Assembly: GCF_006345805.1 (NCBI RefSeq)
Contig: NC_043012.1
Span: 42,098,001 to 42,162,000 of the forward strand
From: Octopus sinensis
Lineage: Eukaryota
Direction of reading: 5' to 3'
Length of the DNA: 64,000 nucleotides
In this document: positions 14,752-31,454 of the stretch, one piece after another
How the letters are laid out: each line of letters begins with the position of its first letter
Position numbering within the stretch: position 1 is the stretch's first letter
Position numbers and translations under genes: made by a program
Notes under the pieces: generated by a model
The model's database searches: none
The model's input: only the letters and a program-made list of their open reading frames with translations
What the model was told of the DNA's origin: nothing

Positions 14752-14858
14752 CTTGTTTTATTTATATTTCCTGAGCGCCATACTAATACATATTGTTCGT
14801 TGTTTCCACCTGCCTTCGTCTTCTTTTGTTTATTTTCATAAAGCTTCCCGTTATATAT

Positions 14859-14909
<51 letters not shown>

Positions 14910-14914
14910 TCACA

Positions 14915-15814
14915 CGAGGTGCTTTCAAAAAGTGTCCGACTTTAATCTTCCCCGCCGAACTCATGCCACGTGGACACAATCCTTCGGATGGGAGGTGATG
15001 CCTCCCTTCCTGAGCATGCGTGAAAAAATTTTCCCCGGTAAGCCGCCGCGTCAGTTTCCGGCTGTAACGCCAAGTGTACAGACGTGTGGTGTGCGCTCAT
15101 CGGATTTTCACTTTCACCGAACTCATCAAGCAGAGGTATTGTATCAAGTTTTGCCAAAAGTTGAGTGAAACTCAAGTACAAATCATCCAGAAGATTCAGA
15201 AATCCTTTGGCGATGATACCATGGATAGGACTCGGAGGAAATGGTGGCAGAAGGGCTTCAAACTTGGAGATCGAGCCATGCTCAGGTAGGCCATCCACAA
15301 GACGAAACGTAAAGTCAATAGAGAAGGTTCAGTGAATAGTCATAGAAGATTGTTGTGTAACAATGCAGGAAGTTAGTCACGAAATGGGAAGAAGCAGTGA
15401 ATCAGTGCATTCCATTTTAATGGAAGATTTGTGCATGCGGAGAGAATCGGTGAAATTCGTCTGCAAGATGCTGGTGAAGAAGCAGCATCAACTCGTCATA
15501 GAAATCGCTCAGGACATGCTGGACGGCAAACTACGACCCAAACTTCATGATGACCATCATCACTGATGATAAGACACGGTTTTAGTGTCTCTGTTAGAAA
15601 CGTTCGCTCCACGAGCGCGCACTGAACGCCTGCAATCCGACGAGCGTGCACTACACACCTGTATAACACATAGTGACTGATGTAGTCTGCCGGCGCGAAA
15701 GTTTTCACGCATGCGAAGGGAGAGTGGTGTTATCTCCCGCTCAAAGAATTTTGTCCATGCAACATTAGCTTTGCTCATGCAGCATTAGGTCGGATACTTT
15801 CTGAATGCACCTCG
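14915..15814 (+). mobile_element. Internally deleted mariner (Tc1/mariner) transposon
   Basis: TIRs CGAGGTGCTTTCAAAAAGTGTCCGAC and GTCGGATACTTTCTGAATGCACCTCG followed by TA; transposase remnants QRYCIKFCQKL, KFV.K.L, IITDD. Confidence 0.88.
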
Positions 15815-15854
15815 TACAAATGTGTATGTATATGTGTGCATAATGCGTGTGCAT

Positions 15855-15877
<23 letters not shown>

Positions 15878-15885
<8 letters not shown>

Positions 15886-17695
15886 AAAGGGCTTAGTAAA
15901 ATAAATTACTTTGCCGCATACTGAACTCGTTAGAAATAGCAGCTAAAAAAACTATTTCTAACACTTAAAGAAAACCTCTCTCATATAGTGCTTGCTCAAT
16001 TCAACCCAAGAAAGTATGAGGGTAGAGACATTAAAAAATCAAATGCAAAGGTTATTTGAGTACGTACGTTTCAAGATTAGCCAAATTCGACCCTTCTCTC
16101 ATCAGCTCAGAATGCCCTTGTTTGAGTTTGAAAACACTGAAAATGGGAGCATACCCTTTCGGCTTGTTATCGCTTCTGAAGATCTGTTCCCAACTAACAG
16201 TGCTAGCTAACTCAAATATGCAAGAGAAAAATTTCTGTTCTCCCCTTTCCACCAGCGTGGGTTAAAATCAGCAAACACTATCTTTTTTTCGGTAAATTCC
16301 AAGACAAATAAGTAGAGAGAGATGAATTATAATTTCAACAATTGAGGGTAAAATTAATTAATTAATTAATCAATTTCACCAAGTATTCAGTATGCAAAGG
16401 GACCATTTAAGGCAAATTCAAATTATTACATTATATAAAAGGGCTTAGTAAAATAAATTACTTTGCCGCATACTGAACTCGTTAGAAATAGCAGCTAAAA
16501 AAACTATTTCTAACACTTAAAGAAAACCTCTCTCATATAGTGCTTGCTCAATTCAACCCAAGAAAGTATGAGGGTAGAGACATTAAAAAATCAAATGCAA
16601 AGGTTATTTGAGTACGTACGTTTCAAGATTAGCCAAATTCGACCTTCTCTCATCAGCTCAGAATGCCCTTGTTTGAGTTTGAAAACACTGAAAATGGGAG
16701 CATACCCTTTCGGCTTGTTATCGCTTCTGAAGATCTGTTCCAACTAACAGTGCTAGCTAACTCAAATATGCAAGAGAAAAATTTCTGTTCTCCCCTTTCC
16801 ACCAGCGTGGGTTAAAATCAGCAAACACTATCTTTTTTCGGTAAATTCCAAGACAAATAAGTAGAGAGAGATGAATTATAATTTCAACAATTGAGGGTAA
16901 AATTAATTAATTAATTAATCAATTTCACCAAGTATTCAGTATGCAAAGGGACCATTTAAGGCAAATTCAAATTATTACATTATATAAAAGGGCTTAGTAA
17001 AATAAATTACTTTGCCGCATACTGAACTCGTTAGAAATAGCAGCTAAAAAAACTATTTCTAACACTTAAAGAAAACTCTCTCATATAGTGCTTGCTCAAT
17101 TCAACCCAAGAAAGTATGAGGGTAGAGACATTAAAAAATCAAATGCAAAGGTTATTTGAGTACGTACGTTTCAAGATTAGCCAAATTCGACCCTTCTCTC
17201 ATCAGCTCAGAATGCCCTTGTTTGAGTTTGAAAACACTGAAAATGGGAGCATACCCTTTCGGCTTGTTATCGCTTCTGAAGATCTGTTCCCAATAACAGT
17301 GCTAGCTAACTCAAATATGCAAGAGAAAAATTTCTGTTCTCCCCTTTCCACCAGCGTGGGTTAAAATCAGCAAACACTATCTTTTTTTCGGTAAATTCCA
17401 AGACAAATAAGTAGAGAGAGATGAATTATAATTTCAACAATTGAGGGTAAAATTAATTAATTAATTAATCAATTTCACCAAGTATTCAGTATGCAAAGGG
17501 ACCATTTAAGGCAAATTCAAATTATTACATTATATAAAAGGGCTTAGTAAAATAAATTACTTTGCCGCATACTGAACTCGTTAGAAATAGCAGCTAAAAA
17601 AACTATTTCTAACACTTAAAGAAAACCTCTCTCATATAGTGCTTGCTCAATTCAACCCAAGAAAGTATGAGGGTAGAGACATTAAAAAATCAAAT
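15878..17695. repeat. Head-to-tail tandem array, unit about 550 bp, about 3.3 copies
   Basis: GGGCTTAGTAAA recurs at 15889, 16441, 16990 and 17540. Confidence 0.95.
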
Positions 17696-17707
17696 ATATA
17701 TATTATA

Positions 17708-17742
<35 letters not shown>

Positions 17743-17743
17743 A

Positions 17744-17790
<47 letters not shown>

Positions 17791-17870
17791 TATAATATAT
17801 AATATATATATATATATATATACACACACATATATATATATATATACCTATATATATACATACATACATA

Positions 17871-17901
<31 letters not shown>

Positions 17902-18199
17902 ATGCACATATATATATATATACCTATATATATACATACATACATATATATATATATATCTGTGGGTATGTATGTATGCATGCATGTATGAATGTATGTA
18001 TGTACGTATGTATGTATGTATGTATGTATGTATGTATGTATGTATGTATATGCAAATGAGGCCCCTCGAATCGTTGATCAACTCGGTACTATAGTGCCGT
18101 GAAATACTAACTTTGTGACTAATTCTGCTGCGTTCTGTACCTTCCATTGTGATTATTTCTGTGCCAGATATCACAGTGACAGTTCCCGCTAAAAACGTG

Positions 18200-18790
18200 G
18201 TTCAAACGTTTAAAATGCAGATATTTGACGCAATGTCACAATTTTACTTCTGCTCCAGACGGATGAACATAATAATTGAGGAAATCACTGTTTTGAAAAC
18301 TGGAGAGCATGTGACGGACCAGCCATCAGAAAGAGAGACCGTCTGAGAACAAAAGCAACCCAGACGAGTTTGTCGAGCGTTCAACAACGCGAACAATTTT
18401 ATGAAAGCTGAAAGAACGAAACAATGTAGTCAGAGCTGTAATCAAAGTACGAAAAGATAAATATAAAATAACAGCTCCTAGAAGACATGATGGAACTATT
18501 AGAAGCTGACTTTAAAAATAATAATAGTCAGTCTTTAAAGTCAGTCTGTGAAATGGAGGGAAATCTTAAAAATAAAATACAATGCAATAAAAGATAAAAA
18601 TGGCTGCTTACAAGCAAACGCAACTGAGATCATTTAATGCTGGAGAGATCGATTTAAACAACATTAATTATAAATTCCAACACAACCTGGAAGCATGAAG
18701 TGAAACCCGGAATGGTCCGTCTGATGCAGAAACTCGTGCAGTGCAATTAAAAGACAGGTACAATATCATAGAAACAAACGCTACTGATTT
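18200..18790 (+). mobile_element. Possible old RTE-like LINE remnant
   Basis: Degenerate peptide AIKDKNGCL..EII*CWRDRFK resembles the RTE pre-RT motif. Confidence 0.3.
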
Positions 18791-19030
18791 ACTTTAATAT
18801 TGGAAGGATTGTGGGGGGGGGGGCAATGTATTAACTCTAAATTCCAACACAACTGTTAACAAAATCTAGAATGGTTTGTCCACTGCAGAAACCCTTACAA
18901 AAATAACAACAAAAGAAATGAAGAGAAAAAAATGAAAGACCTCTACTGGTAATACGGATACCATCAGTGGTAAAGGACTAAAATCAGGGAGAGAACACGT
19001 GGTTTCTATTTGGTCAATAATATTCAACAC

Positions 19031-19197
19031 AGGGGGCTGGCGTGGCTGTATGGTAAGAAGATTGATTCCCGACCAAATAGTTCCGTGTTCAGTTCCACTG
19101 CGTAGCATCTTAGGCAAGTGACTTCCACTATAGCTTTGGGCCAACCAAGTCCTTGTGAGTGGATTTTGGTAGATGGAAACTGAAAGAAGCCCATTAT
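19031..19197 (+). mobile_element. SINE family 1
   Basis: Homology to other family 1 copies in the window. Confidence 0.8.
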
Positions 19198-19199
19198 GA

Positions 19200-19248
<49 letters not shown>

Positions 19249-19284
19249 TACCACTTATACATACATGAGAACACACACGTTCAC

Positions 19285-19326
<42 letters not shown>

Positions 19327-19617
19327 ACACACACACGTCCATTTCATACACACGTACATATACCTTTCAATTTCTTCTCTCTTTCACTTTAAAACAAAAG
19401 TAAATAAATATCATTTTTTTTACGGAAATTAACGAACTCCGGATGACAGCCCTGAGAGCCAAAGCGAAAGATCGCTATTCGCTTAAAAATAATTTTTAAA
19501 AACATTAAAATAGCGTCTGTTTAAAGAAAGCTAAAATATAAATACTTACTCTACAAACAACTTACATTTTTGAAATCACATTCAGTTAAAAATATTTGTA
19601 AATCATTAAAATATTCT

Positions 19618-19828
19618 ATTCTGCTCTAGGCACAAGGCCCGAAATTTTTAGGGAGGGGGCCAATCGGTTAGATCGACCTCATTACGCAACTGGTACTTAA
19701 TTTATCGACCCCGAAAGGATGAAAGGCAAAGTCGACCTCGGCGGAATTTGAACTCAGAAAATAAAGACAGACGAAATACTGCTAAGTATTTCGTCCGGCG
19801 TGCTAACGTTCCTTCCAGTTCGCCGGTG
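19618..19828 (-). mobile_element. SINE family 2
   Basis: tRNA-like head with GAGTTCAAATTCC on the minus strand; homologous to the 10324 copy. Confidence 0.8.
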
Positions 19829-19840
19829 TAGTTCAAAAAG

Positions 19841-24126
<4,286 letters not shown>

Positions 24127-24163
<37 letters not shown>

Positions 24164-24183
24164 TAATAATAATAATAATGATG

Positions 24184-24222
<39 letters not shown>

Positions 24223-24409
24223 GTAATAGTAATAGTAATAAAATAATAATAATATAATAATAATAATAATAATATAATAATAATATAATAATAATAATAA
24301 TAGTAATAGTAATAGTAATAATAATATAATAATAATATAATAATAATAATAATAATAATAATATAATAATGATAATAATAATAATAATAATAATAATGAT
24401 AATAATGAT
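24127..24409. repeat. Degenerate (TAA)n tract
   Basis: Direct inspection. Confidence 0.95.
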
Positions 24410-25057
24410 CAGAAAGTGATAAGTGCAGAATCTGTGGATAAAATGGTGAAATTGTATGGTATATTACCAGCCAATGAACACTAGCCCAGAAGAGACACTA
24501 CGACAATATAGCAAGGCTTGTTCATTGAATACTTTGAGCAAATATGGACTTGACAGGGCAAAAGATTAGTGCGACCACAAGCCCGAAAGCATCGTCGAAA
24601 ATAAAAATGCGAAGATCCTATGCGATTTTATGATACAGTGCGACCATGACATAGAGAATAGGAAGCCAGACATAGTCTTAATTGAGGAAGAAAACAAACT
24701 ATGCTGGATCATAGATATAGCATGCCCAACTGGCAACAAGGTATGCGATAAGGAAGAAAGAAAAGTCGAGAGATACGACAGGTTAGCTTGGGAAGTTAAG
24801 CAGTTGTGATCGATGAAAAAGGTGGTTGTTGTACCAATAATTGTCGGAGCCCTGGGAACAGTGAGCAAAAATCTCGAGAAGTACGTGGAACAAATAGTGG
24901 CTGCAATAAGAGTGGAGCACTTGCAGAAAACAGCACTGCTTGGAACCGTTCGAATACTCCGGAAAGTGCTCGAAAAATACGAGGTGTTACCTTAGTTCAC
25001 TGGTAGTGAACAGCTGACATCGTAGTACATCTCCAGCATTAGAAGCTGTGCAAAGGC
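24410..25057 (+). mobile_element. R4/Dong-like 3' fragment, family C, in (TAA)n
   Basis: KCRICG, NRKPDIVLI..IIDIACP, VPIIVGALG..LQKTALLGT; TAA flanks. Confidence 0.85.
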
Positions 25058-25107
<50 letters not shown>

Positions 25108-25108
<1 letters not shown>

Positions 25109-25660
25109 GGCCCTGATGCAGTACCAGACAGTGGCTCTCATGGCTCCTGATCTTAACTGATTGGAAGTGTTACCATGTACATTGTTTTGTCTTGGTATTA
25201 AAGATGGGCAACAGCAAATATTCTGCTCAATACCTCAGATTTGCTTGTCAGTTGTTTGACCTTAACCGGTTGACCATGTCCCTTAGTGGCTGACGATATG
25301 TGCATCTCTGATCACGAGCAGAAGTATTGGGGAGCATCATAGCCATGTGTTGAAAAGAATTCTTAGAGGTTTGGCTAATTCACCTTTGGAAACATGGGTG
25401 GCTCGTTCAACATCCTTAAGCAATCCTTATTCAGGGACCTTTTGAGCGGGATGGTCTACTCGACCAGAAAAAAATACTAACTGGGCCCCACCTGCAAGGT
25501 CATGTGCTGTTTATCTTGATATGAGATCACCATATCACGCACATATGGTTGTGATGCATGTGCCTGGTGTACCCTTATCAGACGGGTAGTCACGATGGGT
25601 ATACTAGGCTTCGTATATTTTACTCCAGTGTCACTCATGGTATACACTGCTCTCTCACTC
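25108..25660 (+). mobile_element. Non-coding TAA-flanked interspersed element D
   Basis: Second copy at 25718-25923 has the identical 3' end CTCTCTCACTC followed by (AAT)n. Confidence 0.65.
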
Positions 25661-25717
<57 letters not shown>

Positions 25718-25923
25718 CTGAAGTAGTGGGGGAGCATCATAACCATGTGTTGAGAGGGATTCTTTGGGGTTTGAATAATTCACCTCTGGAAACATGGGCG
25801 CACATATGGTTGTGATGCATGTGCCTGGTGTACCCTTATCAGACGGGTAGTCATGATGGGTATATTGGGCTTCGTATATTTTACCCCAGTGTCACTTTGA
25901 TGGCATGAACTGCTCTCTCACTC
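25718..25923 (+). mobile_element. Element D, 5'-truncated and internally deleted copy
   Basis: Aligns to about 25320-25400 and then 25536-25660. Confidence 0.65.
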
Positions 25924-26689
25924 AATAATAATAATAATAATTTATTGTGTCAGGGGAGACTGATTCTCTTTTAGTGCCTTATTACTTAACACACTCACTG
26001 GTTCGATTTCCATTCATTTACTTATTTACTTTTTCTAAAATTTTCGTTGCTTCTTGCAACCTTTTCAAAAGTCTATCCGTTGACTCTGTCTGTTACCAGA
26101 GCTGCGTTCTTTTTGTTTGTTTGTGTGCGTCAGTGTGCATCTGTATACACATATCTATGTATGTATGTATGTATGTATGTATGTATGTATGTATGTATGT
26201 ATGTATGTATGTATGTATGTGTGTGTTCGTATGTATGTGTGTATGCATATATATATGTATGCGTGTGTGTTCGTTTGTATGTAATCTGCATATTCATGTG
26301 TTTGTGTGTTTGTATGCGTGTGTGTGTGTTTGCATGAGTGTGTGCGTGCGTATTTGTGTGTCTACCTCTGTCTCCTTGTGTGTGCGTGCTTGAGTGTGCC
26401 AAGTGTATTGGTTCGTGTGACTATATACGTGCGTCTGTGATGTATGGATGTATGTCTCCATATGTGTTCTTGTGTATGTGTATGGGTGTGTATGTGTGTG
26501 TGTGTGTGAAATGTGCGTGTGTGTATATGGTCATGTGTTTCAGTCTTCATTTATGTATGTGTGTATGTGTATGCTTGTCTGTGTGTATTACCTATGTATC
26601 TATTTACCCATCTGTTTACTTACATATCCATTCCCCCCCACACACACGCACACGTCTACATAACACCTACAACTCTACCTGTGTATTTA

Positions 26690-27400
26690 TAAGCTGTGGG
26701 TATTGGGGTATGACTATCTTCTGCGAATATTTCCTATTTAGTACTGGGGATGTTTCATTTATGGGGACGTACTCCTGTATTTTACCTGAGTGTTGGGGGC
26801 CTTCGGGTACTTGGATAAAATGTGGATGTCAAGTTGACCCAGTACGCTTCCATGTTGGTCTTTGGCAGGTTGGTAGAGTATGGACAACTGCTTTTTGCCG
26901 TCATTTTGTCTCAAATGTCTATTTAGTTTCTCAGCAATACTTCTAGATGTATATCATGATCTTGTCTTTATAAGGGCCCTCTATGCACCTTATGCTGTAG
27001 AATACATTTCAAGTTTTACAGTTAATGCCAGGGTTAATCTTACATACCGTGCAGTTATCAATGGTGTATGTAGTATTCTCAAAAGGGTACGTCCTACATA
27101 GTTAGGATCTAATGGTGCTCCCTGGCTTTTCAACGATCTTAATGTTGAGTTTGGCCTCATTCCAGTTTTTACTTCTATATCTAGGGCAGGTACCACTGGT
27201 TTCATTACGTATAATGTTATCTAACCTCTTTCTAGCTCCGCTGCATACCAGAACACTACCTTTCTGGTCATATTCGGAGAAGTGCATGCGGTGCATGAAG
27301 TTCTATACATGTCCCTTTGTTTCATAGGGTTCACATTGTGGTGACACATGGTTCATTATCCTAAGTCTGCTATCAGTACTTTGATTTTCATGTTGTGTGA
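26690..27400 (-). mobile_element. Degraded PLE 3' fragment (GIY-YIG)
   Basis: KIVEKPGSTIRS, NCTVC..NCKT*NVFYSIRC, SRSIAE.LNRHL in shifting frames. Confidence 0.6.
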
Positions 27401-27442
27401 TAAAGCTGAGTGCTTGTGAACAACAACAACAACATAATAGTA

Positions 27443-27492
<50 letters not shown>

Positions 27493-27533
27493 TGTATATA
27501 TATATATGTATGTATGTATGTATATATATATAT

Positions 27534-27622
<89 letters not shown>

Positions 27623-27849
27623 AAACTTTGGTTGCAGAACAAACAACAAATTTAAGGTCACCACTTAACATATTACATCTCGAACATTTACATGGTTTCT
27701 TATCTAAGAGGTCATGCTCAGACCAGTCCAAATATTCAAAGATTTTTTAAAAACCGAACAAAAAAATTTAATTATACAAATGGCTCTATTACAGTAAATT
27801 CAGCCTCGTCGGTTTCAATTCCCTGTAAAGACTAAATGATTTAATTATC

Positions 27850-28230
27850 TCGGCTTTTTATTGCTATACACTTTTAAGAAGGTAGACGAAAATTTATGAA
27901 TGCAAAAAGAATCACATTTATTCAAGGTGTTTGGTCCAAAAACATTTAAGGATGGTAAGGGATTCCCTTATACACAGCTAACATTTGCTAATATTTCCTT
28001 TGAAGTTAGGGGTTCTAGAAACGATGGACCATTCTAGATAATAGTTCTTGTTAGTTCTTATTATTCCTCTTCAAATCATGTATATGGGATGCAAGTGTTG
28101 TTGAATTACTGTACTTATCCTTAGAAAACGCATTGGTGGGTATGATTTCTTTATTTATAAATTAAGGCTACCATTGGTTTCACGTTAAGCAACGTAGGGA
28201 AATATCCTAGTGTCACAACAAGTTTTGAAG
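27850..28230 (-). mobile_element. Degraded PLE GIY-YIG C-terminus, a different family
   Basis: YSNSTTLASHIHDLK..EWSIV..C.LCIRESLTIL..LNK pattern. Confidence 0.5.
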
Positions 28231-28392
28231 CTGATCACAGAAAAAGATATTCGCCCCCATTTTGAAAAACAGTCACGTTTAGTTCACGGATTTCTCGTAA
28301 ATTCACGGGAATAAAACAGTGAATCAATGGATCAAGGAACGTTACTCCTGGGTGGCATCTTTTGGCTGTATACATATATATATATATATATA

Positions 28393-28426
<34 letters not shown>

Positions 28427-28479
28427 CATACATATATATATACATATATATATATATTTTATTTATATATATAAATTTT

Positions 28480-28709
28480 ATTTATTATTTTTATTTTATC
28501 TAGTTTCAGCTCACGAGCTGTGGCCATGCTGGGGCACCGCCATTTGGTGTTGCCACATGATTTTACTTCACGAATGCTTTTTAGCAACTGCTATTTGGTG
28601 CATTCGAGAGTTCGATGCAGCTGCCCTCACCTGCACCTCCTGCCACGAAGTTGGTTCATCCGGGACACCTGACAGGAAGAGATCCAGTCCTACTTTAAAG
28701 ACGTCCGCA
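28480..28709 (-). mobile_element. CR1/L2-like LINE 3' end
   Basis: VFKVGLDLFLSGVPDEP..RAAASNS followed by the tail GGTGCCCCAGCATGGCCACAGCTCGTGAGCTGAAAC. Confidence 0.7.
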
Positions 28710-28721
28710 TATATATGTGTG

Positions 28722-28759
<38 letters not shown>

Positions 28760-28937
28760 TGTGCGCGTGTGTGTGTGTATACATACATACATACATACAT
28801 ACGTATGTATGTATGTATGTATGTAGTATGTATGTATGTATGTATGTATACACACACACACGCACACACGCGCACACACACATACACACACACACACACA
28901 CACGCGCGCACACACGCACACACACACACATATATAT

Positions 28938-29170
28938 GCGGACGTCTTTAAAGTAGGACTGGATCTCTTCCTGTCAGGTGTCCCGGATGAACCAACTTCA
29001 CGGCAGGAGGTGCAGATGAGGGCAGCTGCATCGAACTCTCTTATGCACCAAATAGCAGTTGCTAAAAAGCATTCGTGAAGTAAAATCATGTGGCAACACC
29101 AAATGGCGGTGCCCCAGCATGGCCACAGCTCGTGAGCTGAAACTAGATAAAATAAAAATAATAAATAAAA
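28938..29170 (+). mobile_element. CR1/L2-like LINE 3' end (duplicate arm)
   Basis: Reverse complement of 28480-28709. Confidence 0.7.
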
Positions 29171-29602
29171 TTTATATATATAAATAAAATATATATATAT
29201 ATATATATATGTATACAGCCAAAAGATGCCACCCAGGAGTAACGTTCCTTGATCCATTGATTCACTGTATTATACACACACATGTAAGCGCGCACGCCCA
29301 AAGACGACTTTTGACAGTTACATCGAAGTCCTACACGTCTTAGTTCTTTTCGAATTGTACGAAGTATAGAATATACTTTTCACATATGCCTTGCATGCTT
29401 TCTGAATTTATATTTTATTGCTTATAATTATAGCAATACCCCCCCCCCCCACACACACACACACACAGACGCATAGTATATTCCGTTCATTGAAACAGCC
29501 ATGTTGTAATTTACAGTCCGGTGATTGTTTGGAAATACGCAGCACGCTTGTCCAAACAGTTGTATTTTCCGTGCAGGAAACTAACAGTAGCTCAAATATA
29601 AA

Positions 29603-29760
29603 CCGTGCGTAGCTGTGTGCTAAGACACTTGCTTCCCACCAACATGGTTCAGGGTTCAGTACCACTGTATGGTACTTTGGGAAAGTATCTTCAACTCTAT
29701 CCTCAGGCCCACCAAAAGACTTATAAGTGGATTTGGTAGACGGAAACCGAAAGAAGCCCG

Positions 29761-29797
<37 letters not shown>

Positions 29798-29990
29798 CGC
29801 GTGAGTTTGGTCCACACCACCACCACCAGTTGACAACAGGTAATGGCGTGGTTACGGCGTCGTCGTTACTTAGCGGTTCGGCGAAGAAGACCACTAAAAA
29901 GATGCAATAATTTTAAAATAGTGAGCACTGGAGTCGATTCCAGTTGCTCCAGCATGGCTGCAGTCTAATGACTGAAAATAGTAAAAGATA
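29603..29990 (+). mobile_element. SINE family 1, long form (head, core, (TG)n, 3' tail)
   Basis: Homology to other copies; tail GCTCCAGCATGGCTGCAGTCTAATGACTGAAA. Confidence 0.75.
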
Positions 29991-30977
29991 AACGAGATGT
30001 GTATGTTTCTGTCTGCACGCCTACCTGTCTGCATAGAGGAGGTGTTGGCGTGGCGCTGTTGTCAGTAACAGCTTGGTTGATCAGTAAATACGTCAATTGA
30101 TGGGTGACGATGGTGGGAGGAAAGGATGGGGAGGGAGAGGTCATTACAGCTGACTCCTCCCACTTCTCCTCATTTCTCTCCTGCATCTACCCCCACCACC
30201 TTCTGCTGCATGCCTTGTCACCATCACCACCATCACTTTCACAATCACCAGCTCTCTCTCTCTCTCCCTCTCCCTCTCTCTCTCTCTCTATCTGTCTATC
30301 TCTTTGTCTCTTTCTCTCTCTCACTGTCTCTTTTTCTCTCTCTTTCTCTCTCTCTCTCATTGTCTCTTTCTTCCTCTCTTTCTCTCTCTCCCGCCACGAC
30401 CTCCTCTGTCGACAAATTATTGGTTTCCATGTCTTTTGTCGACATCTTGGAGGCAGCAGACCGTTCACTCTGCCCGCGCGCGCTCGCATGTGTGTGTGTT
30501 TGAGTGTAAATGACGTGTGTACGTGTATGTGTGCGTGTATGTAAATCTGTGTGTTGTATTATGCGTGTGTGCGTGTGCGTATGTGCATGATGCATGTATG
30601 TGTATGTGTTCGTGAGAGAATTCTGGTTTATCTATTTAAAGCTACAACCTCCGCCACCGCCGCCACTGTTGTCATTGTCACTACGACCATGGCCACCACT
30701 ACGACCAGCTCCATGCTACCACCACCACCACTACCACAACCGCTAGCATCACAACTACCCCTACCACGAACAATCCCACTCTCCACCAAAACCACTACTA
30801 CATACTCTATACTACACGTATTGTGTGTGTATGTGTTTGTGCAAGTGTGTGTGTGTGTGTGTGCATGTGTGTAATTGTATTTTTCAAGCACAGGTCATTC
30901 GTATGCGTCTTTAAGTGTGAATGTAGGTGAGCAAGAAGTTTGTGGTGGGGAGGCTCACAAAATCAGTATTATATATA

Positions 30978-31024
<47 letters not shown>

Positions 31025-31029
31025 ATATA

Positions 31030-31135
31030 TACCGTGTTTCCCCGTAAATGAGACCTACTCCGAAAATAAGCCATACCAGGATTTTTCAGGATGGTTTTAA
31101 TATAAGCCCTACCCCGAAAATAAGACCTAGTCAAC
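31030..31135 (+). mobile_element. One end of a Tc2/pogo-like DNA transposon
   Basis: TA followed by CCGTGTTTCCCCG, with repeated CCGAAAATAAG subterminal motifs; no second end seen. Confidence 0.5.
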
Positions 31136-31454
31136 AATGCATCAGATTGTTAGTAAGACCATGTGATGTTTGCAAAATAAACCAAACACCGCAGCTTAGC
31201 TAAACTAGTTAACTCCCTTGGCTTGACTCTCCCCATGCAAGATGAGTGCAAAAAGAAAGAGTTATTCTGTCGAGTACAAGAAAGGAATTGTGGAAGAGTC
31301 ACATGACAAGAATCTTCCGACTTTCTGTAAGAAGATGTTGGGTCTCTGAATGGTTCGAAAATGGCGAGCAGAGTACAATAATTTCACCAGACTGGTGGAT
31401 AAGGGAAGTGCTAAGAAGCGCAAGTGAAGATCAGGTCGACAGCCGTTATTTTCG

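Larger units (their letters stand above)
12182..14850 (+). mobile_element. Penelope-like retroelement (RT, GIY-YIG, pLTR), 5'-truncated, between (TA)n tracts
   Basis: LPKIHK..PGRPIVS, MDIQSLYT, GVAMGTRMGP, YIDD, FTCTSSNIIYCISC..YIGQTGRRLADRFAEH; very C/T-rich sense strand. Confidence 0.93.
28316..29268. repeat. About 950 bp inverted duplication (giant palindrome)
   Basis: The two arms are reverse complements, with 5 substitutions seen outside microsatellites. Confidence 0.95.

Noticed and set aside
16095-16110. CTGATGA on the minus strand in the tandem unit
   Set aside because: It is followed by GAAT rather than GAAA, and there is no stem I partner.
15878-17695. Repeat array as a possible CRISPR, and its thrice-repeated ORF MLNSTQESMR as a gene
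   Set aside because: The units are about 550 bp with no unique spacers, the context is eukaryotic, and the ORF changes frame between units.
27795-27860. GAAACCGACGAGGCT downstream of a PLE fragment as a hammerhead
   Set aside because: There is no recognisable CUGANGA or stem II.
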